A DNA stretch of 63,886 nt, counting the filler, from Reclinomonas americana ATCC 50394 (taxonomy: Eukaryota), in assembly GCA_048213135.1 (NCBI GenBank). It is 6 parts of 5 records of this genome, joined end to end, with 100 filler letters (N's around TTAATTAATTAA, not from the genome) between each part and the next. Parts side by side here need not be neighbours in the genome. Positions count along the whole stretch, not along the records: positions 1 to 22,538 come from PS015217.1; 5 more parts are not named here. The stretch is one strand, 5' to 3'. Below the pieces are notes generated by a model. That model ran no database searches and was not told where the DNA came from. It saw only the letters and a program-made list of their open reading frames with translations. The position numbers and the translations under genes were made by a program. This document shows, piece after piece, positions 1 through 11,865 of the stretch. How positions within the stretch are numbered: the stretch's first letter is position 1; each line of letters opens with the position of its first letter.

Positions 1-224
1 AAGTGGACTCGCGGTGCCTTGCCGAGCTGGTGCTGCGCTGTTTCATTGTTGAGGATGCCGAGGTCGTGGTGTTTCGGCGGCCGTGGGAGGTGTAGATATG
101 AATGAATTTGGAAAGTGAGGCATGGAGAGCAACTGTCGTACTGTTTGGCCAAGTGCAAGAAAATTGCAATAGCTTGGCAGCACAGAAAGCAAACAGTGCG
201 AACATAGCGTTTACTGTCATCAGC

Positions 225-3200
225 TCACTCGGCACCATCACCTGCAGTCGCCACCGGCTTCGCGAGTGCGCCTCGCAACGTTGTCGAGCGCTGCAGGCGC
301 GGCATTCCATCACCAACACCGCCATCACCACCTCCCACAGCAGTCGCCACCGGCTGCGCGAGCGTTGCCCGCATCGTCGTCGTGCGCTGCAAACGTGGCA
401 TTCCATCACCAACACCGCCAACCCCACCAACACCAGCGGCAGTCTCCACCGGTGCCTGCACAAGTGACGAATGGGAGGTCGTCGTGCGTTGCAATCGCGG
501 AATACCGTCACCGCCACCCACAGCTGTCGCCACGACAGACACTTGTCGCTGCAAGCGCGGCATTCCTTCGTTACCTCCCACTGCTGTCGCCACCGACTGC
601 GCCAGCGACGAGCGGGAGGTTGTCGACCGCTGCAACCTCGGCGGCGGCGGAGCTGCTGTTCCCCCAATGTCCGCACCAGGCGCAGGTGGTGGCGGCACCG
701 TTGGCTGCACCAGCGCCGACCGCAGAGGCATCGTGCTGCGTGGCAACAATGAACGCGGCTCGTCGGCGGGTGGAAACGGTGATGCTTGTTGCGAGGTGGG
801 AGGCGGAGTGAATCCTTCCCCAGCTCCACCACCGTCGCCCGTAGGCTCCGCCAATTTTACGACACGCGCACTGGCAGCACGCGGAATGGCGGGCGGGCGA
901 GGTGGAGCGTCTGCGTCGGCGCCAGGAAATGTGCGAAACACCGAGGCCATTTGCACTGGTGGGGTCACTGGCGGTGTCGGTGGCTCCGGAGCGTACGACA
1001 TGAGGTGGCCACCCTGCGTGCATGGACGGGACGTGATGAGTGCCACTATTTCCAAGCTTGATCTCTCCAGAGTGCATTCCACTCACCAGTGATGCAGGCG
1101 TCGGTGCGCGCACCAGCTGACATGGGCGACGCAGGTGAGCGCAAGTCAAAAAAACAACACCGTCGCACACATACCCGTTGCATTCGCTTCAATGAACCCG
1201 AGCGATTGAGTTGTGTATCGCTGAGCTGGCGACGCACGGCCACGGCGGGTACTCGACGAGTGAGTTCCTGTTTCGGTCGCAATCGCCTCGGCTGGTGTTG
1301 TTCGTTTAGGGAAGCAATGCTAGTAACAACGCTGTTTTTTACAGCAACAAACACTCACACACACACACCTGTAGCGGATCATCGGGAATCTCCGGCGCAA
1401 CCACCAAAAAGTTGCCCAGCGTGCCCATTCGTGTCTTCTCGTCTTTTGTCGGCGAATGGTCACAGTCGCCGGCGGAGGAACCCTGCAGAGCATGTGTGAG
1501 AAAGTGGCCAACAGAAATGAGATCAAGTCTCTCTATCAACGCACCTCAATGTTGCGCACAAACACCGGAACGCCATCTTGATCAAGCGGCAACCCCTCGG
1601 GCGATCGGCTGCACAGATGGGGACGAAAGATTCAGCGAGACGATGCGGCACTGCAGAAGGGACGTATGGCTGCGCGCACCTGAGAACGCCCGCCGCCACC
1701 GAGCTCTCCTCGTCGGCACTTTCGCGAATACGATCGGCAGCAGCAGCACCACGCGCCAGCTGCTCCCGTCGGAGGGCATAGTGCCGCAATCTGTGCGCCG
1801 CCGTGAGCACCCTAGCAGAATGGTATGACTTGCAAGAAAAGATGACGCACCGAGCATTGCGCTGCGGATCGCGCGGCAGCGGGCGACTGGCGGTGCGACT
1901 GTCGACAGCAGCAAATGCCACACCACGCATCCACCGATTCGACAGCAACTCGTTGCCACAGGCTGCATTGCTTTCCTCCACATCTTCGTCATCGGCATCA
2001 TCGTCGCCTTCATCATCATCATCATCATCTCCATCCCCTCCCTTGTTGCCGTCTGCATTGTCATTATCGGCGTCCGCATCGGCAGCTGCGACGCGCCACG
2101 GCATCTGCGCCAACACGGGCACTCGTCCGCGACGAAGAACTCGGACATGTCGCTGGAAAATGCGCATGGTAACTGCCTCCACAATGCGCCGCACGTGCAG
2201 TCCGGTGGACGACTGCGTGCGGGAGAGGGTTAGCAACAGAGGCTGACGGCGACTCCCCTCCGCACCCCGTCTCACCATGGCACTGCATTCCACGTACGGC
2301 ATGTCAGAGGTCTCGTCAAGACTCTGCGCGGCCTCCTGTGCCACCTCCATCGGCACACCGCCAAACGACACGAAGTGTACCGGCGCAGGTGGTTGCGGCG
2401 GTGGCTCTTGCCCATTGGCGGCGGCGTCGTCATTGCCATCGTCAACAGAGATTATGTCGGCCGTCTCGACACCGTCATCGTCCTCGTTCTCCTCCTTGCC
2501 CTCCTGTTGCTCACCATCCTCGTGGTCGTCTTCCCTGCCTGGTGTTGCGCCGACATTTCCACTCGGTTCGCCATCCATGGCCACTCGATGCACCATCACG
2601 GAGCCGTCCACATCCAGCATTCGCAGGTCACGCTAATGGGAGAACTCAGTTGCTAATGTAACGACACACTCTCTCACACACATACACTGCTCACCTTGCA
2701 GCCGACGAGCGCACGGACAAAAGTGTCGTCCGCACCTGGCGCGTGATACTTGTTGGCACTTGTAAAGTGCCGCCCGACACGACCAAAGCTGGACTGGGCG
2801 GGGAACAGGGTGCTGTACGTCTCGGAACTGCGACAACAATCAACAAGTGATGGGGAATGCAATGCAGTGCACAACAGCGAACCAATCAAAGCACACAATC
2901 ACGCCGTCCGCATGAGCATAATAGTGATCAGTGAGGTCGTCGAAGAGAGGGTGACCGTTTTTCTCCAGAAGCTGCAATCAATCGTCATGAGGGAGAGGCG
3001 GAAGAGAGAGAGAGAAGGAAGCACGCACCTGCACTTCATGCACAAAGCCGTCGCGTTGGAAAACATAGCGCGCCATGTAGGTTCCCATACTCGAGTGCGT
3101 GTATGGTAGCGGGCGAGGATTGTCGAGGAGCGGCTGACCGAGCAGGCTATTGATGAAACTGGTTTTCCCCACGCGGCTGTCGCCGGCCACAATAATCTAC

Positions 3201-3658
3201 AGGCGACACGAATGAGTCACTGGAGGCCATAGCAAGAGACGAATGAGTTGAGTGCGGTCGCGAACCAAGTACTCGAGCGACAAGGCAAATGGTGGTGGCG
3301 GTTGCAGTCGCGGCTTGAGGATGTGGTGATCCAACGGCGAGGGTTGCAGGTTGGGGTTCGAGGCGTCGAATGCCATGGAGCGGAGACGGCGACGAACTGC
3401 GGTGCGGTCGTCCAACAGCTTTGCCGAGAGCGAGTGAGAGGGGGAGCATACATGAGAGGACCACATGACTGCCGAACACACACACACACACACCTCGTCA
3501 GCTCCCGACTCCGTGGATGATAGCTGGGCAGTGGAGGGTGAGCGAGAAGAAGGAACGGAGAGAGAGAGAGGAGGGACAGGTGACTTAGAGCTGACCGAGG
3601 AGCGCGGTGGAATGGATGACGGGTTCCGCAGATATCGCAACTGTAGCGGCGAGGTGGA

Positions 3659-3702
<44 letters not shown>

Positions 3703-5416
3703 CACACGACAGCTGACAGTTGCTCTGCCGCTGCACAGCTCCGACACTTACTCCGACAACGAGAGGTGCGCAAGAGACGAAAACTCCCAACTTCTGCTTC
3801 TACGAGAAGAGAAAAATGACGACAACTCCCACTCTCCTCTTTCGGTTTGCATCTCTCACGCATTCTCAAGATGAGGAGTGTGCAAGTGACGACAGCTCCT
3901 TTCTCTCTCCTCTAAGAGTCTGCATGTTTGTTCCTCCTTTCCCTGCATCCCTCGCACACAGAGACAGAAGGACATGAGCAAGCGCTCCCATCACAATCCT
4001 CCTCCGGTCTGCAAGCTAGATCCTCCGCTTCTATGCATCTCTCCACGACGAGAGGAGTGCAGGCGACGACATCTCCCATCGCTCTTCTCTTCCAGTCTGC
4101 ATCTCTCTCACACACAAGAACAAGTGAGGAAAACTGCCTTTGCTCTCTTCCTTCAACCTTTCCTCGGCTACTCTCCGTCTCTCTACGAGGAGAGGCGTGC
4201 CTTTAGCTCTCCTCTTCGAGTCAGCATGTTTGCCCCTCGCTTCCCTGCACCTCTCCCCCACTGTCAATCGATGACAACTCCCCTCCCTCTCTCCTCCTCC
4301 TCCCTGCAACACCCACCCACAACAAGCCCGGCTCCAGCNNNNNNNNNNNNNNNNNNNNNNNNNNNNNNNNNNNNNNNNNNNNNNNNNNNNNNNNNNNNNN
4401 NNNNNNNNNNNNNNNNNNNNNNNNNNNNNNNNNNNNNNNNNNNNNNNNNNNNNNNNNNNNNNNNNNNNNNNNNNNNNNNNNNNNNNNNNNNNNNNNNNNN
4501 NNNNNNNNNNNNNNNNNNNNNNNNNNNNNNNNNNNNNNNNNNNNNNNNNNNNNNNNNNNNNNNNNNNNNNNNNNNNNNNNNNNNNNNNNNNNNNNNNNNN
4601 NNNNNNNNNNNNNNNNNNNNNNNNNNNNNNNNNNNNNNNNNNNNNNNNNNNNNNNNNNNNNNNNNNNNNNNNNNNNNNNNNNNNNNNNNNNNNNNNNNNN
4701 NNNNNNNNNNNNNNNNNNNNNNNNNNNNNNNNNNNNNNNNNNNNNNNNNNNNNNNNNNNNNNNNNNNNNNNNNNNNNNNNNNNNNNNNNNNNNNNNNNNN
4801 NNNNNNNNNNNNNNNNNNNNNNNNNNNNNNNNNNNNNNNNNNNNNNNNNNNNNNNNNNNNNNNNNNNNNNNNNNNNNNNNNNNNNNNNNNNNNNNNNNNN
4901 NNNNNNNNNNNNNNNNNNNNNNNNNNNNNNNNNNNNNNNNNNNNNNNNNNNNNNNNNNNNNNNNNNNNNNNNNNNNNNNNNNNNNNNNNNNNNNNNNNNN
5001 NNNNNNNNNNNNNNNNNNNNNNNNNNNNNNNNNNNNNNNNNNNNNNNNNNNNNNNNNNNNNNNTCGAGCAGAGGCCTTGTCGAGAGAGTGTGTGTGAGAT
5101 AGGGAGAGAACAGCAAGAGGCTGAGGGTGCGTGTGCTCACCGCATCCTTTCGTCGCACTGAGCACCGCACTTTTCTCAGCTCCTCTGTCGCCTCATGTCG
5201 CATCTCTTCGTCGTCGTCGTCGTCATCGTCGACTCTGAGCACAAACCCTTCCTCCTCTGAATCATCATCCGCAAAGTCCTCTCCTTCTTCGTCTTCTGAA
5301 TCGTTCTCTTCTTCAGCGTCGTCCTCTCGGCGACGTCGGCGTGGCACTGGTTCGATTGTGGCCTCAAACTGTCGCGGAGGGCCGGGAGTGGTGTCGGCGC
5401 AAAACACATTACCCAT
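225..5416 (-). CDS. Atypical large Ras/Rho-superfamily GTPase, multi-exon; the link to the putative 5' exon (MGNVFC, 5416) crosses an N gap and is tentative
   Basis: Spliced minus-strand exons give IIVAGDSRVGKTSFI (P-loop, ~3160-3196), LLEKNGHPLFDDLTDHYYAHADGVIVCFD (G3/switch II region), LVGCKRDLR (G4, split by an intron near 2696/2633) and MPYVECSAM (G5). In-frame GT-AG junctions continue through ORFs 1523-2620, 1320-1526, 1046-1354 and 225-1082. Confidence 0.7.
230..660 (-). repeat. Coding tandem repeat, five copies of PRLQR(S/T/Q)xx...VATAVGG
   Basis: Directly visible in ORF 225-1082 and as repeated DNA such as 'gctgca..cgcggcattcc' and 'gtcgccaccgg'. Confidence 0.85.
3815..4290. repeat. 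Degenerate intronic minisatellite
   Basis: Recurring gacgaca(a/g)ctcc...tgcatctctc / gtc(tg)catgtttg..cctc..ttccctgca..cacacaga units. Confidence 0.55.
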
Positions 5417-5957
5417 CGGTGGATTTCGCGAGCAAGGCAAATAAGGATGGTTTGTCCTTGATATGAAGTCATGTGCCAGTCCGAAGCTCTGATGCAGGAG
5501 TTTTGAAAAGCAACTGCCAGGCTGCCGGATATATGCTAAACCAAGGTCGCGACGAATATCCCACAGGAATGCAGAGAGACAGCAAGAGGTCACGTTGAAA
5601 CCAGCAGAGTCCAGAAAGGAGCAGAGATTCGAGAAGGGGTTGCTGCAGCAACCACGGCTCGTGACTCCAAATAGACAAGCTAAACGACAGAAAGAGGTGG
5701 TGCCAGAAGTCACAAAGAAGCCAACCGAGTTCGGAAAGGAGGAGAGATACAGACGAGTGGTTGCTGAGCCACGACTCGTGACGAGTCAAACTCCAAACAG
5801 AATGAAGAAAGACATGCAGTTGAGTCCGACAAGCAGTCCTAGCAGTGGCTGTTGTTGCTCAAGCCAAGGCTCGCATGATCAGAAGTCATCACAAAAACCA
5901 TTCTCGCTGTCGTGCACGCCAAAGTAACAGCAAACATCTGTAGACTACATTCGATTC

Positions 5958-6799
5958 TCAGTCAGAGAGGTCCTCATCTCGAGCTGCGGAGAACGCTGCA
6001 CGTCAGTTCGCCAGCATATGCAGCCACGCTTGCATACACACGCACCTCGGAACAAGAACTCCATGATTGAATACGAGAACTTGGCGACCAGCTGCTGGCA
6101 GAACTCGGCGCCGCGTGCCGACACACCGCCGTGCTCCTGCAGCATGGGACTGTACACCGCAATGCCCATGGTGTTCGGCACCACCATCTGCGGATTGACA
6201 CGCAGGTGAGAAGATGGCACAAACGAGGCGCATGCTCAACCACGCGCGCACACGCACCCACACCGCGCCCGAGATGCCTCGACACGCCGGCACTCCCACC
6301 GTGTAGGCCCACTCGCCACTGAGTTCGGCCATGCCACACAGGAACATGACCTGAAGCGAGTTCTTGGCCACCTTGGTGTCCAGCACGCGTCTGCGCCACG
6401 CACGTATGAGAAACTTACACGCACACACACGTCTCCACACCCATACTGACGCAACTCAAGAGTCGTGGGACACACGCCGCCATTGGCCAGCGTGCCGGCA
6501 ATGTTTGCCAAGCCCTGCACCGTGGTCTGCGTCGAGCATACTTGAAAATAAAAGTCGAGTGTCTCCAGCAGCCGCGAGCGATCGAGTCCCTTGACATCGT
6601 GGCCGTCCTGAATCGCCGCCAAGCGATGAGAGCGTAGAACTAATAGCAATGAGCAATCGAGAAATGATTACCATGTAGTACAGCAGCGCGCGACTGCGAT
6701 CATTGTACTCCTTCTCCGACAGGTACGTCCGTTGTGAGAAGGTGAGTGGTACGCCGCCCGACATGTCCATCAGCCGCTCCACCACGTATGCGAAGCGCT
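5958..6799 (-). CDS. Glutaminase-family protein, C-terminal exons, divergent
   Basis: Exons read MSGGVPLTFSQRTYLSEKEYNDRSRALLYYM / LLETLDFYFQVCS...ANIAGTLANGGVCPTT / VMFLCGMAELSGEWAYTVGVPACRGISGAVW / VVPNTMGIAVYSP...SARGAEFCQQLV, collinear with GLS-type glutaminases. Stop TGA at 5958-5960. Confidence 0.9.
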
Positions 6800-6882
6800 C
6801 TGTCAAAAGGCACACGAGGATCAGCTGGGTCGACGCAACAAGACCGGCGGCAATCTCTCTCANNNNNNNNNNNNNNNNNNNN

Positions 6883-6926
<44 letters not shown>

Positions 6927-7062
6927 CAGAAAGACAGACGATAATACCTGCAGACAAAGACACACAGAAGGAGGGCGGGAGGGAGACAGCAAGTCAGACA
7001 GCCAGCGCGACAACGCGACAGAGGAGAGGCTGAGGAAGAGAGAAGGAGGCAGGCAACGCAAC

Positions 7063-7690
7063 CGTGGATGCCGACGACGCCTCAGCAGTGAGCGGCGCCA
7101 CCACGTGACACTCGCTGTACGTTGAATCCCATTGCGGACGCCTCTCCAAATCACTCAGCAACTATCCACAAGGCACCAACATGAGCGCGCTGGGGGAGGC
7201 ACTCGAAGCACCATCCATTCTCATCACCGTAAACACAGCCGCCGGCGACACTCCCTCCAAGATTCCAAAGCCCTTGACCGTATGAATCGTGTTCCCATCA
7301 GATTGCTGCACGTATGATAAGCTCCTCCTTGCTCTCTCCCTTCGCACAGACTGATGATGACACACACACACACACCGTTCGCTGATACACGCGCAAATGA
7401 TCGCCCTCCGAGGCCACACACTGCCACTCTCCATCTCCCTCACCACTCGACGAAGGAGCAGCAGCAGACACAGCAGCAGACGCAGAAGAAGAAGACCACA
7501 ATGAGGAGAATCGACTGCGTGTTGTGGACTTTGGAGGAGGAGGAGGAGGCGGAGATGAGTCGTCGTCCTCATCTCCGTCGTCGACTGTGACTGCGGTTGA
7601 GGAGCTCAGAGCGATCAGTGCGGTTTCTTCGTCAAAGACGCGTTGCACTTCGGCTTCGGTGACGACGCCGTGTGAGTGATGAGTGCTCAT
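7063..7690 (-). CDS. START (StAR-related lipid transfer) domain protein, N-terminal half, on an apparently inverted contig
   Basis: ATG at 7690; GEWQCVASEGDHLRVYQRT / SDGNTIHTVKGFGILEGVSPAAVF / LERRPQWDSTYSECHVV match the START N-terminal pattern (W...VY.R, R..WD). Confidence 0.75.
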
Positions 7691-7933
7691 TGGTGTAATA
7701 TGAGGGGAAAGGGTGAAAGGTCACGCAGGACAAGTCTGATTGGAGAGAGGATGAAGAGCGCGCGAGGCTCACGGTCGTTGCGTAGGGCAGTGTGTAAGGG
7801 AGAGAGAGAGGGAAAGAGAGAAGGAAGTGAGTGAGAGTGAGTGAGAGTGTGTCTCTCCGTGTGTGTTGAGAGAGGCTGATTAGTGTTGACTAAGGCGCAT
7901 CTAAGTGTCTGTGTTGTGGACACTCACTGCCTG

Positions 7934-7968
<35 letters not shown>

Positions 7969-8234
7969 GTCACACACCTACACACACTGTCTGTCTCTCC
8001 GTGTGTGTGAGTGGGCTGTGTGAGTGGAAGAGGCTGATTAGGTGATGACTGATTGGAGACAGTGTTGTTGACTCTCTGTCTCTCATTCGCTCACTCTTTC
8101 TCTCTCTCTCTGTCTCTCACACTCACTCTTTCCGTGTGTATTGGTGTTTGTGATCGTGTGATGACTGGAGAAGAAAGAATGGTTCGCTCTCTATTAAGCT
8201 CTCACTTGTTCGTTTGTTATTCGTCTATGCGTAG

Positions 8235-8397
8235 GAAGCTGTCGACCTCGACGTACTTTTCTCGCGATGACACGGACCGGATGCTCTCGGATCTGTTGGC
8301 GAGGCGACAGCAGGAGATGCATCAGATGTTTGATTTGTTGGATGAGCATCGCACGGGCGCGGTGCCGATGCGCACAATGGAGGAGTTTTTGATGGCG
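8235..8397 (+). CDS. EF-hand-like exon, probably the 5' part of the glutaminase gene on the same inverted contig
   Basis: EMHQMFDLLDEHRTGAVPMRTMEEFLMA is an EF-hand-like helix-loop-helix, bounded by a TAG acceptor and a GTGAGG donor. GLS-type glutaminases carry an N-terminal EF-hand-like domain. Confidence 0.55.
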
Positions 8398-8518
8398 GTG
8401 AGGATGAAGGGGAAGAAAGGGGGAGGGAAGGGCGGGGAGGAAGGAGCAGAAGGTACAGTTGGCGATGGAGAAGAATGGATATCAAGAAGGTCGCCTTGAG
8501 AGAGAAGAATGAAAGAGA

Positions 8519-8605
<87 letters not shown>

Positions 8606-9240
8606 GCAGTCAATCACGACATCGGTGATGAGATTGACTGACAAAGAACGAGAGTGTATGAGAGTGAGAGTGTGTGTGAGAGAGTGAGNNNNNNNNNNNN
8701 NNNNNNNNNNNNNNNNNNNNNNNNNNNNNNNNNNNNNNNNNNNNNNNNNNNNNNNNNNNNNNNNNNNNNNNNNNNNNNNNNNNNNNNNNNNNNNNNNNNN
8801 NNNNNNNNNNNNNNNNNNNNNNNNNNNNNNNNNNNNNNNNNNNNNNNNNNNNNNNNNNNNNNNNNNNNNNNNNNNNNNNNNNNNNNNNNNNNNNNNNNNN
8901 NNNNNNNNNNNNNNNNNNNNNNNNNNNNNNNNNNNNNNNNNNNNNNNNNNNNNNNNNNNNNNNNNNNNNNNNNNNNNNNNNNNNNNNNNNNNNNNNNNNN
9001 NNNNNNNNNNNNNNNNNNNNNNNNNNNNNNNNNNNNNNNNNNNNNNNNNNNNNNNNNNNNNNNNNNNNNNNNNNNNNNNNNNNNNNNNNNNNNNNNNNNN
9101 NNNNNNNNNNNNNNNNNNNNNNNNNNNNNNNNNNNNNNNNNNNNNNNNNNNNNNNNNNNNNNNNNNNNNNNNNNNNNNNNNNNNNNNNNNNNNNNNNNNN
9201 NNNNNNNNNNNNNNNNNNNGTCGTCGTCGTCGTCGTCGTC

Positions 9241-9319
<79 letters not shown>

Positions 9320-9786
9320 GAACGCCATCTTTCGTGCTCCCTTCGCAAATGCTGCCCGCCTCGAGATCCATGATCGCCTTTCACTGTTCTTTCTTCCGAC
9401 TGCCGCCGTCCATTCTACACTGTTTTTTCTCTTCTCTCTCTCTCAGTCACTCAGTTTGTCTCTGCCTCTCTGTCTCTTGTCTCTGCCTGTCTGGCTGACT
9501 GGCTGTCTCTCTGCCTCAAAGTCTCTTTCTTTCTTCCTCTTTGTGTCTGCCTCTCTGTCTGATCACTCACTCACTCTGCATCTCCTCCGAATGCCATCTG
9601 TGGTGCTCTTCACAACAGTCGAGATCCATGATCGTCTGTCCTTGTTTCTCTCCTGACCGCCGCCGTCGCTGTGTTGTCCATTCTACACTGTTTCTCTCTC
9701 TCTCTCTCCCTCCCTCCCTCCCTCCCTCCCTCCCCCTTTTTCCTCCCTCCCTCCCTTCCCTCCCTTCCTCATGTGATTCTGTACAG

Positions 9787-10398
9787 GCGCCCTCCGACGT
9801 GCAATGCTTCCCCGACGACGTGATTTACAGTGTGGCGCCGTCGCCGGCAGCCATGCTGGTGGCACCCCGTGATTTTGTGCAGCAGCGTGTGCGCCGGATA
9901 TATTTTGCAGAGGGCGGCAGTGGGTATGAAGGGGCAAGGGGCTCCTTCTCTGTTTCTCTCGGTCGCCGCTCATTCATTGTCGCAGGGACGACCGGATACC
10001 ATCGGCGTATCTCATGCTGTACAAGTCGTGCACACACCCAAAGTGCCCGTCCAGGTCAACACACCATCCGTCGTCTTCTTGCGATGTGCTGTCATCTCAC
10101 ACGCCTGCTTGTGCGTCAGATCGGGTTTCGTGCGGGCACACACGGACATTGGGGCGTACGTGTTGAGACCAGGTCCACGAGAGAACACCACCCGCGTGTT
10201 CCTGATCTCCAATGTCGATGTGGGGGTTCGTCCGTCACGTGCACACCCACTCGTGAAGAAGCTTATGACTAACGTCGTCGCTGCATGCAGGGCAAGGTGC
10301 CAAAGTGGATCGTCAATCGCCTCCTGGGCACTGCACCGGGCAAGTGGTTCAAGACCGTACAACGAGAATGCCTAAAGATGAGCCACGCGCGACTGTAA
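9787..10398 (+). CDS. START domain protein, C-terminal half
   Basis: DVIYSVAPSPAAMLVAPRDFVQQR / GFVRAHTDIGAYVLRP..ENTTRVFLISNVDVG / GKVPKWIVNRLL contain the typical PRDFV, G.VRA and D.GG..P.W.VN motifs. TAA at 10396-10398. Confidence 0.85.
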
Positions 10399-10666
10399 AC
10401 AATGATAGTAGTGACTCGAAGCTCCGACTTGTCTGTCCCACAACCTCGCCCATTCTTCGCCCGCCAACCTCTCCTCCTTGTCTCCACTTTCCACGCTGCC
10501 TCTCCTCTCCTCCTTCTCCTCCTCTCGCCTCCACTGCGCGTGGTTTGCTGGTCCGGCACGGCACTTGCGCACTGGATTGTCTCTGCTGGCCCTCCTCTCC
10601 TTTGCCACTCTCTGCACAGCCGCCACTGCGCCTCTGGTCGACTCTCCCGCACACACTCGTACATTC

Positions 10667-11149
10667 ATGGCGTGGCAGTTGCGCTTGAGCGAGCGAGTGA
10701 GCGATTGAGTGTGTGAGAGATTCTCTCCTCACACACTCTGATCGCAGCTGTTCGGCGCATTCGAACGCGGACCTCGCCCGTAACTTGAAAGGTATTGTCC
10801 TCTGTCTCCATTGCCTTTCCTCGACTCACACACACACCTTGCGTCCAGCTGGTCGCCTGTACTCCAACGCGCGAGTCGGCGAAGCTCTGTTGGCCACCGA
10901 TCGCGGTTACTACACGTCGTCATCGCCGTATGAGGATTCTCCGCAACCAATCGGCTACAATGCCACCAGTTGCGCTGTCTTCTCTCGTCTCTTCCGCTGG
11001 TACCTGATCGTCTTGCTGATCATGGAGGGAGAGAGGAGCAGTCTCTGCGCCGCATATGCACGCAATGTGCTTGGAGGCACTGGAGCCGTTCTTGCAGCCG
11101 GGAGCACGGGCACTGGATGTCGGTTCTGGTGCGTTCCGCCTCCTTGCGC

Positions 11150-11181
<32 letters not shown>

Positions 11182-11749
11182 GAGCGTGGGGTCGCACAGG
11201 AACCGGGTATCTGACTGCGGCCATGGCACGCATGGTGGGCGAGTCGGGCAAGGTCGTTGGCGTGGAGCACATTCCCGAGCTGGTGGAGATGTCGCTGGCC
11301 AACGTGCGTCGCGACGATGCCTCGCTGTTGGAGACCGGCCGGGTGGTCATCTCAGGTGAGACGCGCTTCACAGTTTGGTTCTTTTCGCATCTTGCTGGAT
11401 GGATGCCAATCTCGACGGGTGGCATGCAGTTGGCGATGGCCGTCTCGGGTACGAAAGCGAGGGGCCGTACGACGCGATCCATGTGGGCGCGGCCGCGCCA
11501 GGTGACGCACGCACTGTGCTCTTCTCCTTCTACAAAAGAGATGCTTACGTTGATGCGCACAATACAGCCGTCCCCAAGGCGCTCCTGGAGCAACTCAAGG
11601 CTCCCGGTCGCCTGATTATTCCAGTCGGTGACTGGGCGCAGGATTTGCTGCAGATCGACAAGGATGCCGACGGCAACATCACCGAAAAGTCCATTTGCGG
11701 CGTGCGCTACGTCCCTCTCACCGAGCGCGAGAAGCAGTGGCGAAGCTAA
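10667..11749 (+). CDS. PCMT1: Protein-L-isoaspartate(D-aspartate) O-methyltransferase, 7 exons
   Basis: Fully spliceable model: [13 protein letters not shown]...[19 protein letters not shown]...ALDVGSGTGYLTA...[11 protein letters not shown]...VGDGRLGY...[11 protein letters not shown]...[16 protein letters not shown]...VRYVPLT. TAA at 11747-11749. Confidence 0.97.
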
Positions 11750-11865
11750 TGCCAGACTCCGCCAATCCTGTACAGCTGCACCACTCCATTGTCACAAAAA
11801 GAAGTAGTAAATTTGAAACAGTGGCATAAAGAGAGCTCCTGTTCCCACAATTTTCACTCCCGTCG

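Noticed and set aside
5595-5927. ORF with duplicated PRLVT..PNR
   Set aside because: No ATG start or recognisable domain; likely a small intergenic duplication.
5958-7690. START-glutaminase fusion gene on the minus strand
   Set aside because: The join falls on an N gap, and both domains are incomplete in a way explained by an inverted contig.
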